From Nitrospirota bacterium (lineage in GTDB: Bacteria > Nitrospirota > Thermodesulfovibrionia > Thermodesulfovibrionales > Dissulfurispiraceae), in NCBI GenBank assembly GCA_963710375.1, contig CAVPZX010000005.1, positions 448,001 to 512,000 on the forward strand: a DNA stretch of 64,000 nt. Reading direction: 5' to 3'. The notes under the pieces were generated by a model. That model ran no database searches. It saw only the letters and a list, made by a program, of their open reading frames with translations, and was not told where the DNA came from. The translations under genes were made by a program, and so were the position numbers. This document shows, in pieces, positions 52,981-62,754 of the stretch. Position 1 is the first letter of the stretch; every line of letters starts with the position of its first letter.

Positions 52981-54828
52981 GTGGCTGAAAAGTTTCTGGA
53001 GAATATTGTGGCTGCGGCCCTGGAAGATTATGAGCCCAGGCAGCCCCAAATGGACATGATGCGCGCCTGTGCCGGGATGATTGAAAAGGGCGGCACTCTT
53101 CTGGCAGAAGCGGGCACCGGCACCGGCAAAACATTCGCTTATCTTATTCCGCTGCTTGCATCTGGCGGCAGGGCTGTTATTTCTACGAGGACAATCAATC
53201 TCCAGGAGCAGATTGTATCAAAAGACCTGAAGTTCCTTTCGGGCCTGAAACCGTTTGACTATGCTATCGCAAAAGGCCGGGGCAATTATCTTTGCCTGAG
53301 GAGGCTTAATTCATTCAGGACTTCAGAAGAGCGCGAAAATGAGGAATACGCTGAGCTGCTGAGGTGGGCGTCCAGAACAGGAACAGGGGACATAGAAGAT
53401 TACGGGTTCAGACGGGTGCATATATGGGACAAGGTTTGCTCTGATTCCGATGCATGTAAGGGCAACCAGTGCGCTTTTTTTTCCCAATGCTTCTACTTCA
53501 CCGCCAGGGGGCAGTGGGACAAGGCACAGATAATCGTGGCGAACCATGCCCTGGTCGGAATTAATGCATTATTTGATCGTGATGCGCGGCTGCTGCCCAA
53601 AGCAGATATGCTGATTATCGACGAGGCGCATGCGCTTGACAGCGTGCTTTCTGATGTGGCGGGCCTTTCTTTATCAAACAGAGGATTCGAAATAATCATG
53701 AACAGACTGCTTAAACTTGACGACAAAGGTACATACAGGGGACTTCTTTCACAAACTCCTGATCTGTTTCAGGCTGTTGAATCGCTCAGGACAGAAATGG
53801 GACTTTTTTGGATAAAGGTAAAAAATGTTGCAAAACACAGGGAGACGATTAAGGGGACTTTTGAGCTGAAAGGTCAATTAATCAGACTTGCTAACGCCAT
53901 AGAGGGGCTTATAGGGAATATGGTAATCTGCACTACAGGACTTTTCCAGGAGGATGATGAGCTTGAGATCAAGGCATCGATAGTAAAGCTAAAGTCATTC
54001 GCGGAAGGGATGGATGCATTCACCGATGGATTGGATGGTTTTGTCCGCTGGGCCGATATAGAAGAAAAAAGAATTGCTCTCAGGATGGCGCCGGTCTATC
54101 CGAAAGATTTTATGATGCGGCACATCCTGCCTGAGTACCGGTCGGTCATCCTTGCTTCAGCCACGCTTTCGGTTGCCGGGGATTTCGGTTTCGTCACCAA
54201 AGTGCTCGGACTTGAGGGCGCTGAAACACTGTCAGTCCCATCTCCATTTGATCTCGGGAAACAGATAGCAGTACATATTAAAAAGGGAATAAATCTCAAA
54301 CTGCCGGGCAGCAGCGGGAAGCTTGCCGGCGTAATTATTGAAGAGGCATCAAAAAGGGACGGCGGCATCCTGGTGCTTTTTACATCACGGGAAAGCATGC
54401 GTGCAGCTTGGGCTATTGCCAACGGAGCGTTGCAGGATATGGGGCTGAATCCAATGGTGCAGGGGGAGATGCCGAACAGGTTGATGCTCGAAAAAATGCG
54501 GGGAAGTGAAAATAGTGTTATTTTCGGCCTGGATTCGTTCTGGGAAGGAGTGGATGTGAAGGGAGACTCACTGAAGTGCCTGATTATTGCAAAACTCCCG
54601 TTTGAAGTACCTACGGAGCCTGTTGTTAAGGCACGGACCGAGGAGATAGAAATGGGAGGCGGTAATGCATTTTATGAATACTCGCTGCCGCGGGCAGTGC
54701 TAAAATTCAAGCAGGGGTTCGGCAGACTGATAAGGTCGAGTAGTGACAGCGGAAGGGTTATCATCTGTGACGAGAGAATCGAGACAATGGCATACGGGCG
54801 CATTTTTATGGAAAGCATACTGCGGTAA
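52981..54828 (+). CDS. DinG/YoaA-family ATP-dependent helicase
   Basis: EAGTGTGKT, Fe-S Cys residues, DEAH, QGFGRLIR. Confidence 0.92.
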   Translation: MAEKFLENIVAAALEDYEPRQPQMDMMRACAGMIEKGGTLLAEAGTGTGKTFAYLIPLLASGGRAVISTRTINLQEQIVSKDLKFLSGLKPFDYAIAKGRGNYLCLRRLNSFRTSEERENEEYAELLRWASRTGTGDIEDYGFRRVHIWDKVCSDSDACKGNQCAFFSQCFYFTARGQWDKAQIIVANHALVGINALFDRDARLLPKADMLIIDEAHALDSVLSDVAGLSLSNRGFEIIMNRLLKLDDKGTYRGLLSQTPDLFQAVESLRTEMGLFWIKVKNVAKHRETIKGTFELKGQLIRLANAIEGLIGNMVICTTGLFQEDDELEIKASIVKLKSFAEGMDAFTDGLDGFVRWADIEEKRIALRMAPVYPKDFMMRHILPEYRSVILASATLSVAGDFGFVTKVLGLEGAETLSVPSPFDLGKQIAVHIKKGINLKLPGSSGKLAGVIIEEASKRDGGILVLFTSRESMRAAWAIANGALQDMGLNPMVQGEMPNRLMLEKMRGSENSVIFGLDSFWEGVDVKGDSLKCLIIAKLPFEVPTEPVVKARTEEIEMGGGNAFYEYSLPRAVLKFKQGFGRLIRSSSDSGRVIICDERIETMAYGRIFMESILR

Positions 54829-54868
54829 AAGAAGTTGATCGAACAATGGCTTTTTGAAAGGAGAATCG

Positions 54869-55225
54869 ATGGCAAAAACATTTACATTGTTTCTGTCCAC
54901 ATCGCCGTATTCTTACGAGAACACTGTTAGCGCCGTAAAAATCGCTGAATCTGCTTTAAACAAAGGTCATACAGTTAATCTCATTGCATCAGGGGACGGC
55001 ACTTATTGTTTTCTCAAAAGCCAGAAAGCTAAAGGCATACTTAATGCCGAGGAGGCATTTTCAGGGCTTATTCAAAAAGGACTGAGGGTGTTTATTTGAG
55101 GAGGGTGCATGAACTTTCGCCGTGCAGCGAAAGATAATTACCTCGATGGAGCTGAGGTAGGGTCACTGAAGGGTCTTTTCAAAACTCTCTCGGAGACGGA
55201 TATCTGGCTTAATCTTGGAGCATAA
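54869..55225 (+). CDS. DsrE/TusD-like sulfur-relay protein, probable selenoprotein (UGA at 55097-55099)
   Basis: SPY...DG motifs; frame stays open after TGA (U-GGCMNFRR...WLNLGA*); hairpin follows. Confidence 0.8.
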
Positions 55226-55238
55226 TACGGAGGACTAT

Positions 55239-55592
55239 ATGTCGAAGATCATAATGATTCTGAGAAGGCCTCCTTATGGAGACATAAATGCGGCAGAGGC
55301 TGTGAGGCATGCAATGGGCGGCATTGCGGATGATCTGAACATCCATCTTGTTCTGATTGATGGCGGAGTGCTCTTGACTAAAAAAGGTCAGGACGAGTCA
55401 GGGACGGGTTTCACGAATCTTGAGGAAGCATTAAAGGATTGCATAGATATGGGGGTAGAAGTGTCTGCTGAGGAACTTTCTTTAAGGGACAACTGTTTAG
55501 AGCCGCCGGATATCGTTGACGGGGTCAAGATCATAAGCGAGGCCGAAATAGCTCAACTTTTGACTCATGCAAAGACAACGATGATTTTTTAG
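55239..55592 (+). CDS. DsrF/TusC-like protein
   Basis: RRPPYG...AEA, LIDGGV, SLR. Confidence 0.75.
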   Translation: MSKIIMILRRPPYGDINAAEAVRHAMGGIADDLNIHLVLIDGGVLLTKKGQDESGTGFTNLEEALKDCIDMGVEVSAEELSLRDNCLEPPDIVDGVKIISEAEIAQLLTHAKTTMIF

Positions 55593-55611
55593 AGAAAAGG
55601 AGGAGAAGTGC

Positions 55612-55893
55612 ATGATAGTGATAGTGAAAAGCGCCCCTGATACACCGGACGGACAAAGAGGACTAAAACTGGCGAGGGATATGGCAGCAGATTTGATTCT
55701 TCTTCAAAACAGTGTTTATTTTGTCCAAGGGCAAAGACTTGAGGACTTTCCGGGCAAGATATATGTCGTTGATGAAGACTTGAGACTCAGGGGTTTGAAT
55801 GACAGCCGGTTTAGAAACGATTTTGAAATAATCAATTACGATACCGCTGTCGATTTAATGACCGAAGGCAATAAAGTAGTAGGGATGTTTTGA
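55612..55893 (+). CDS. DsrH/TusB-like protein
   Basis: LLQNSVY, EDLRLRGL, INYD..VDL. Confidence 0.8.
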   Translation: MIVIVKSAPDTPDGQRGLKLARDMAADLILLQNSVYFVQGQRLEDFPGKIYVVDEDLRLRGLNDSRFRNDFEIINYDTAVDLMTEGNKVVGMF

Positions 55894-55957
55894 CAAGCGG
55901 CCTTGGTGTGAATTCCATGAAAAAGGGTCACATCTCTGCAACCCTTTGATTTTCAAG

Positions 55958-56032
55958 CGTCCCCAAAGGGATTCGAACCCTTGTTACCGCCGTGAAAGGG
56001 CGATGTCCTAGGCCGGGCTAGACGATAGGGAC
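55958..56032 (-). tRNA. tRNA-Glu(TTC)
   Basis: GTCCCTATCGTCTAG...TCGCC-CTTTCAC-GGCGG...GTTCGAATC. Confidence 0.94.
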
Positions 56033-56076
56033 ATCAGATTACAATGCGTAACGTATTGCTCGTTACGGTCTTCAAG

Positions 56077-56149
56077 TGAGCCGCGTTGGATTCGAACCAA
56101 CGACCCACGCCTTAAAAGGGCGTTGCTCTACCAACTGAGCTAGCGGCCC
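56077..56149 (-). tRNA. tRNA-Lys(TTT)
   Basis: GGGCCGCTAGCTCAG...ACGCC-CTTTTAA-GGCGT...GTTCGAATC. Confidence 0.95.
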
Positions 56150-56389
56150 TCAGCAGCAAAGTAAACACTTCGCTTAAATCAGAATTAATAATCTACTATT
56201 TGTATCAGTTTTTTGTCAACTAACACCCAAGCAATAGCAACGAGTAACGGGCTATAAGTAATGGATAACAACCTGAATTAAAATACAAATACTTGCCTAT
56301 AGCCTACTGCCTATAGCCTGTTAACTGTTACCTATTTTGACATTAAGGTGTTTATTATGTTAAAAAAACATATAAAAAATCAATCGGGT

Positions 56390-56573
56390 TAGGACTCGCG
56401 AATAAATAACTTGTGCATTCAGGCGCTCAGATTTGGGTCAGATTTGGCTGATCCGACTGAGCAAAACCGCAGGCGTAGCAGAGCTACGCTGAGGATTTTG
56501 AGACTGAGGATCGGGCAAAGATGGCCTGAAGATGAGATGCATCAAGGTATAAGTTATTTATTCGCGAGTCCTA
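56390..56573. mobile_element. MITE with perfect 23-bp terminal inverted repeats including terminal TA
   Basis: TAGGACTCGCGAATAAATAACTT...AAGTTATTTATTCGCGAGTCCTA; central GCGTAGC-AGA-GCTACGC hairpin. Confidence 0.82.
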
Positions 56574-56584
56574 GGGGGCGTTAT

Positions 56585-57839
56585 ATGCATCTTTTCAATT
56601 ATAAAAATGGAGAATTGTATGCTGAAGATGTGGCAGTGAAGGATATTGTTGCCAAATTCGGCACTCCTGTCTTTATTTACAGCTATAACACTCTGCTTAG
56701 GCATCTTAAGGCATATAAAGATGCATTTGGCGGCTTTCCACACCTGATTTGTTATGCCATCAAAGCTAACTCAAACATTGCGCTTTTGAAACTGTTTGCA
56801 AAAAACGGAAGCGGTGCGGATGTTGTTTCAGGAGGAGAACTTTACAGGGCGCTTAAAGCCGGTATCCCGGCAAGGAAAATGGTATATGCCGGCGTCGGCA
56901 AAACCGGAGAGGAGATTCGGTATGCCTTGAAAAGCAAGATTCTTATGTTTAACGTGGAATCTGAGAATGAGCTGCGGGAAATTGACAGAATTGCGGGTAA
57001 AATGAAGACAAAAGCCCCGGTTGCGCTAAGGATCAATCCTGATATAGACACCATGACCCATCCCTATATCTCTACCGGATTGAGAAAACATAAATTCGGA
57101 ATCCCGATGGAGAATGCGCTCGAGTACTACAAGCTTGCACTCGACATGAAAAATGTCTCTGTTATCGGCATTCACAAGCATATCGGTTCCCAGCTCACAA
57201 AAGTTTTGCCGTTTGTTGATGCACTCAAGAGGATACTGATGCTTATGGATGAACTTTCAAAGCACGGGGTAAAGATAGAATATCTCGACATTGGAGGTGG
57301 GTTGGGCATCACTTATTACGATGAGACTCCCCCAAATCCAGCGCAGCTTGCGAGGAATATTTTGCCTTTGCTTAAAGACAGAAAGCTTACACTTATTTTA
57401 GAACCTGGCAGGTCTATTGTAGGCAATGCAGGCATTCTGGTTACTAAGACACTTTATCTCAAAAAAGGAGAAGATAAGGATTTTGTCATAGTCGATGCTG
57501 GAATGAACGATCTCATACGGCCTTCCATCTACAGTGCGTACCACCATGTGCAGCCTGTGCTGAAAAACCGAAAAGAGAAGATATTTGCGGATATAGTAGG
57601 TCCTATATGCGAGTCCGGAGATTTTCTTGCTAAGGACAGGGAGACTGCAGAGCGTCATGCAGGGTGAGTATCTTGCAGTGATGAGTGCAGGAGCATACGG
57701 GTTTGCCATGTCGTCAAATTATAACAGCCGCACAAGGGCTGCAGAGGTGATCGTAAAAGGCAAGAGCTGTTCCCTTATCAGAAAAAGGGAGATTTACAGC
57801 GATCTCGTGAAGGGCGAGAGTATTCCGAAGTTTATCTGA
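56585..57839 (+). CDS. lysA: diaminopimelate decarboxylase, +1 frameshift near 57643
   Basis: YAIKAN, HIGSQ, EPGR, GPICESGD; GAYG..MSSNYN in the next frame. Confidence 0.93.
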
Positions 57840-57841
57840 AT

Positions 57842-58954
57842 ATGGAACTTGTTTTTACAAAAATGCAAGGGACGGGCAATGACTTTGTTGTTATTGACAG
57901 CAGGGATGTCGACTTGTCTCGTCATTTCGATATGCCTGAACTTGCCAGGACGCTCTGCAACAGGAGATTCGGCATTGGCGCGGACCAGCTCTTGATGCTT
58001 TGTTCCTCCTCTGAAGCTGATTTTAAAATGGTGATATTCAATGCAGACGGGAGCGAGGTCGAGATGTGCGGCAACGGTATACGATGCCTTGCCAAATATA
58101 TCTGGGACCGGAAAATTGCAACCAAGGATATCTTGAAAATCGAAACTGCTGCCGGAGTAAGGCGGCCCGAACGTATCGGAGACCTGGTCAGAGTTGACAT
58201 GGGAGAGCCGGTACTGGCGGCAGATGAAATTCCGGTTGCCATCGAATCCGCTAACCCGATAATTGATCATCCGCTGATGGTAAATGGCCGGGTGCTCAAG
58301 ACTACCTGTGTTTCGATGGGGAACCCCCATGCAGTAATTTTTCTAAATGAAGATTTTGACAACTTTCCGGTCAATGTTTATGGGCCTGCTGTAGAGAGCC
58401 ACTCTATTTTTCCGAATAAAACCAATGTCGAGTTTGTGAATGTGCTGAATAAAAAGGAAATGAAGATGAGGGTCTGGGAGAGAGGGGTAGGGGAGACATT
58501 GGCTTGCGGAACAGGAGCATCGGCAGCTGCAGTAGCTGCGATACTGAAAGAGCTCACTGACAGGAAAGTGACCATTCACCTTTTGGGAGGAGATATCACT
58601 ATAGAATGGCCCAGGGATGAGCGGGTGTTTATGACAGGTCCGGCTGTAGAGGTTTTTGAGGGCAGGATTGCCAATCTTTCCGAAAAGAGGGCCGAACAAA
58701 GAAGACATCAGCGCTTGGCCTGTCAAACCCAGTTCTCTTTCTACAAGAAGGGAGAATCCGGTAATAAGCTTTATAAGTGCGCGTGCGTCGATATAAGCGA
58801 ATCCGGAGTGGGAGTGGTTGCAGAAACCGAACTGAAGCCTGGCACTATTATCGCTTTCTTAAAAAAAGATGGTCAGTCGGTGCTCAGGAACGCTGTAGTA
58901 ATTTGGAGTATAAATTTTAAAGACAAATGCAAAGCCGGCCTGATGTTTATATGA
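57842..58954 (+). CDS. dapF: diaminopimelate epimerase with C-terminal PilZ-like domain
   Basis: KMQGTGNDF, MCGNG, GNPH, ERGVGETLACGTG, then RRHQR and DISESG. Confidence 0.92.
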   Translation: MELVFTKMQGTGNDFVVIDSRDVDLSRHFDMPELARTLCNRRFGIGADQLLMLCSSSEADFKMVIFNADGSEVEMCGNGIRCLAKYIWDRKIATKDILKIETAAGVRRPERIGDLVRVDMGEPVLAADEIPVAIESANPIIDHPLMVNGRVLKTTCVSMGNPHAVIFLNEDFDNFPVNVYGPAVESHSIFPNKTNVEFVNVLNKKEMKMRVWERGVGETLACGTGASAAAVAAILKELTDRKVTIHLLGGDITIEWPRDERVFMTGPAVEVFEGRIANLSEKRAEQRRHQRLACQTQFSFYKKGESGNKLYKCACVDISESGVGVVAETELKPGTIIAFLKKDGQSVLRNAVVIWSINFKDKCKAGLMFI

Positions 58955-58958
58955 AAAA

Positions 58959-59059
58959 CAGGTTAAGGTTAAGGATAAAATAGTTCGTATGACGAAAAAG
59001 AAGAGTTATTCTTTTTTATCTAACCCTTAACCTTAACCTTGACTTTAACCTCAGTCTTA
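58959..59059. repeat. inverted hexamer array (GGTTAA/TTAACC family)
   Basis: Visible directly between dapF and dapA. Confidence 0.75.
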
Positions 59060-59073
59060 TAAGGAGGTCTCTA

Positions 59074-59946
59074 ATGCTTAGCGGTTCCATTGTTGCACTG
59101 GTAACACCATTCAAGAAGGGTAAATTTGATGAAAAGGCTTACAGTAATCTTATCGAATGGCATATTGCCCAGGGGACCCACGGCATTGTGCCCTGTGGTA
59201 CGACAGGAGAGGCATCAACTCTTGATTATGATGATCATTTCCGTGTTATCGAGGTGGCTGTTAAGACGGCAAGTAAGCGTATACCGGTGATTGCCGGAAC
59301 AGGGTCAAATGCCACTGACGAAGCGATAGATATTACAATGAAGGCAAAAAAGCTCGGCGCCGATGCTGCCTTACTGGTTACGCCGTACTATAATAAACCT
59401 ACACAGGAAGGGCTCTTCCGGCATTTTAAGGCTGTTGCAGATGCGGTGGATATCCCTGTCGTGCTTTATAATGTTCCCGGCAGAACAGCGGTCAATATGC
59501 TCCCCGCAACCGTTGCGCGCCTGGCGGAGTGCAAGAACATTGTTGCGATAAAAGAGGCGACGGGTGATTTAAAGCAGGTTAGTGAGCTGATCAGGCTATG
59601 CGGCGACAGGATTACAGTCGTTTCAGGTGATGACTTTACCGTACTGCCGCTCCTCGCCCTCGGCGGCAAGGGAGTGATTACAGTTACCGGCAATATTGCA
59701 CCAGGGGACATGGCTGAAATGTGCAATGCCTGGGACAGGGGAGATATTGCAAAGGCGCGTGAACTGCACTTTAAACTCGAACCTCTCAACGCAGCCATGT
59801 TTATCGAGACTAACCCGATTCCGGTAAAAACGGCCCTTGCGCTTATGGGAAAGATAAGTGAGGAATTCAGGCTCCCTCTATGCGAAATGTCCTCTGCAAA
59901 TAAAGAGAAACTGAAAGGTGCGCTGAAAAATGCGGGAATCATTTAA
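59074..59946 (+). CDS. dapA: 4-hydroxy-tetrahydrodipicolinate synthase
   Basis: GTTGE, PYYNKP, YNVPGRT, IKEA, SGDD. Confidence 0.96.
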   Translation: MLSGSIVALVTPFKKGKFDEKAYSNLIEWHIAQGTHGIVPCGTTGEASTLDYDDHFRVIEVAVKTASKRIPVIAGTGSNATDEAIDITMKAKKLGADAALLVTPYYNKPTQEGLFRHFKAVADAVDIPVVLYNVPGRTAVNMLPATVARLAECKNIVAIKEATGDLKQVSELIRLCGDRITVVSGDDFTVLPLLALGGKGVITVTGNIAPGDMAEMCNAWDRGDIAKARELHFKLEPLNAAMFIETNPIPVKTALALMGKISEEFRLPLCEMSSANKEKLKGALKNAGII

Positions 59947-60547
59947 GAAAAGGCAAAGGGCAAAGGGCGTGGGGCAAAAGTTAGAAGAAGACACAAAAGG
60001 TGGAAAGTCTGTGTTTTATTCTTTACTTTTTACCTTTTGTTTTTTGCCTTTAGCCTTTAGCCTTTTGCCTTTAGCCGATTCCGTTATTTACGCCGGTCCT
60101 CCTTCCCCATTTGACGGAGAAAAAAATATTAACCAGCAGGCGCCAGAATTTGCATTAAAAGATATTAACGGCAATACGCTCTCTCTATCTTCTTATAAGG
60201 GCAGGGTGGTTCTTCTTAACTTCTGGGCAACCTGGTGCCCGTCCTGCAGAGAGGAGATGCCCTCTTTGAATAAGTTGAGTCAAAAGTTAAAAAACAGGAA
60301 TTTCTCAATTATTGAGGTATCCGCCGATCGGTCAGTCTCGGATGTAAAGGATTATCTGAGGAAACATCCTTCAGACTGCACCGTAGTGGTGGATGACAGC
60401 CTTTCCGTATCAAGATCTCTTTATAAAGTGTTTGTGCTGCCGACGAGCTTCCTTATCGATAAGAAAGGCATAATTGTGAAGAAGTACTACGGGGGAGAAG
60501 ACTGGGATGGTTCTGAAATGGTAAGTAAAATAGAGTCACTCCTGTAA
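59930..60547 (+). CDS. TlpA/ResA-like thiol-disulfide oxidoreductase (start uncertain)
   Basis: LNFWATWCPSCREEMP, LPTSFLID. Confidence 0.88.
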   Translation: MRESFKKRQRAKGVGQKLEEDTKGGKSVFYSLLFTFCFLPLAFSLLPLADSVIYAGPPSPFDGEKNINQQAPEFALKDINGNTLSLSSYKGRVVLLNFWATWCPSCREEMPSLNKLSQKLKNRNFSIIEVSADRSVSDVKDYLRKHPSDCTVVVDDSLSVSRSLYKVFVLPTSFLIDKKGIIVKKYYGGEDWDGSEMVSKIESLL

Positions 60548-61375
60548 GCCATGCCTCCAATACTTGATTTTAGGTGCTGAAGACAGCAGCAATTTTGTGT
60601 AGGGATGTTTGGGTGACTGGAACAGATCTTCGGTTTTGGCCTGTTCGACGATTTTCCCGAGATGCATGACCGCGACCTCATCGCTGAAATATCGGACGAC
60701 GTTTAAATCATGGCTGATAAGAATGAAAGATATAGACGAGGTCTTCCTTATCTTCTGGAAGAGATTAAGAATTTGTGCCTGGATTGAGACATCAAGTGAG
60801 GAAAGCGGTTCATCGGCAATAATTAATTCCGGTGACAGTGCAAGTGCCCGAGCAATGCATATCCTCTGACGCTGTCCGCCGCTAAACTCGTGAGGATACC
60901 TGGATAAGGCGTCCTTAGTGAGGCCCACCTGATCCAAAAGCTGATTTACTCTGTTTGCAATCTCATTTTGAGGAAGGATATCGTGGACTTTTAGAGGCTC
61001 CGATAACGTGTCAATAATTCTCATCCGTGGATTGAGTGACGCAAAAGGGTCCTGAAATACTACCTGAACAGACCTTCTGAATTGTTTAAGCTTCGCACCG
61101 TTAAAGCCGGCAATGTTTTCACCTTTGAATAGAATTGCTCCTTCCGTAGGAGTAAGCAGCTTCAGTATCATTTTCGCTACAGTTGATTTCCCGCATCCAC
61201 TCTCACCGACAATGGCAAAAACGCGGTCTTTCACAACTTCGAAGCTTATGCCGTCAACTGCCTTAAGCAAGTTGCCGGTTGTCCCCCGGCTCCCCTTTAC
61301 ATGGAAATATTTCCTGATTGAATCAACAGCAAGAAAAGGTGCCCCGGAACAGCTCATTTTGCTGTTATCAGCCAT
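60536..61375 (-). CDS. oligopeptide/dipeptide ABC transporter ATPase (OppF/DppF-like)
   Basis: [20 protein letters not shown]. Confidence 0.9.
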   Translation of the reverse strand: MADNSKMSCSGAPFLAVDSIRKYFHVKGSRGTTGNLLKAVDGISFEVVKDRVFAIVGESGCGKSTVAKMILKLLTPTEGAILFKGENIAGFNGAKLKQFRRSVQVVFQDPFASLNPRMRIIDTLSEPLKVHDILPQNEIANRVNQLLDQVGLTKDALSRYPHEFSGGQRQRICIARALALSPELIIADEPLSSLDVSIQAQILNLFQKIRKTSSISFILISHDLNVVRYFSDEVAVMHLGKIVEQAKTEDLFQSPKHPYTKLLLSSAPKIKYWRHGLQE

Positions 61376-62357
61376 TTGCCAGACCCCCCTGTACTTCTTT
61401 CCATCTTATACATCTCACATAATGATTGCCGGCAATACCTAAGAGTTCAGGCTCTGCCAGGGTGCACTGGGGAATCATCGCAAAGCACCTGTCTGAGAAT
61501 TTGCATCCCTCAGGCAAATGACCTGGAGCAGGAACAAAACCTGCTATTGGCTTAAGTGATGCGCCCCTGGAAACCGGCAGGGATTCAAGGAGACCTATTG
61601 TATATGGATGTGAAGGGTTCTCGAAGAGTTCCTGCACATCGGCAAGCTCCATTATCCTTCCAGCATACATAATTGCAACTCTGTCTGCCTGCTCGGAAAT
61701 AATACTCAGATCATGAGTAATCAGGAGGATCGCCATCTTCCTCTCCCTTCGTAATTCCTGCAGGAGTGAGAGTATCTGTGCCTGTATGGTTACGTCCAGC
61801 GCAGTAGTAGGTTCGTCGGCGATAAGGAGGGAAGGGTTACAGGCTATGGCAATTGCAATCATTACACGCTGCCGCATTCCTCCCGACAACTGGTGGGGAT
61901 AATCCTTGACCCTGGATTCAGGAGAGGCTATTTTTACCGCCCGCAACAATTCGACCGCGTTTTCCATTGCCTTTTTTTTAGAAAAGTTCAAATGGGCAAT
62001 AAGCGTTTCTGCTATCTGATATCCGACTGTCAGGGCAGGATTGAGAGAGGTCATAGGTTCCTGGAAGACCATAGCTATGTCTTTCCCCCGTATCTGCCGC
62101 ATTTCCCTGTCACCGAGCGACAGAAGATTCTTGCTGTTGAAGAAGATTTCTCCTTCTGCATAAGCATGGGGTGGAAGGATGCGCAGAATAGACAGGGCTG
62201 TAAGGCTCTTGCCGCAGCCGCTTTCGCCAACCAACCCAAACACCTCGGCCCCCTTTATATCAAAGGAAAGGCCGGATACGACTTTCAAGGGATATTGATC
62301 GGCAGAGAACAAAACCGAGAGGTTTTTTATATCCAGAAGAGGGGGCATCCCAACCAT
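61368..62357 (-). CDS. oligopeptide/dipeptide ABC transporter ATPase (OppD/DppD-like)
   Basis: [17 protein letters not shown]-terminal Cys motif. Confidence 0.9.
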   Translation of the reverse strand: MVGMPPLLDIKNLSVLFSADQYPLKVVSGLSFDIKGAEVFGLVGESGCGKSLTALSILRILPPHAYAEGEIFFNSKNLLSLGDREMRQIRGKDIAMVFQEPMTSLNPALTVGYQIAETLIAHLNFSKKKAMENAVELLRAVKIASPESRVKDYPHQLSGGMRQRVMIAIAIACNPSLLIADEPTTALDVTIQAQILSLLQELRRERKMAILLITHDLSIISEQADRVAIMYAGRIMELADVQELFENPSHPYTIGLLESLPVSRGASLKPIAGFVPAPGHLPEGCKFSDRCFAMIPQCTLAEPELLGIAGNHYVRCIRWKEVQGGLANG

Positions 62358-62379
62358 GATAATGGGTTATCGTGGAGAA

Positions 62380-62673
62380 TTACTTCTCCTGTGCCGGCTC
62401 ATTGAGTGCATCGTGAAAGGGCTTGCCCAGTTTGAAATGCAATACCCTCTTGGCTGGTACATCGACTTTTTCCCCGGTCCTCGGGTTTCTCGCAATCTTT
62501 GCGTTCCTTTGCTTGATTCTGAAATTACCGAAGCCCCTGATTTCTATCTTTTCACCGCGCGCGAGGGCATCTTTCATTCCATCGAAGATTGTGTTAATAA
62601 TAGTTTCTACCTGCTTTTTCGTAAGACCTTCGACCTTCTCTGTTACTTGTTCAATTAATACCGATTTTGTCAT
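62380..62673 (-). CDS. ihfB: integration host factor beta / HU family
   Basis: IEIRGFGNF, ARNPRTG; rpsA-sppA-ihfB synteny. Confidence 0.85.
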   Translation of the reverse strand: MTKSVLIEQVTEKVEGLTKKQVETIINTIFDGMKDALARGEKIEIRGFGNFRIKQRNAKIARNPRTGEKVDVPAKRVLHFKLGKPFHDALNEPAQEK

Positions 62674-62754
62674 CTGTCTCTTCCTCGTAGAATTATGGCC
62701 ATGGGTTAAGCTAATAGGTTTTTTCCTAAACCTTAACCTAAACCTTAATCTCTT

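Noticed and set aside
56411..56584. 58-aa N-terminal extension of LysA
   Set aside because: It is the MITE sequence read in frame; the homologous region starts at ATG 56585
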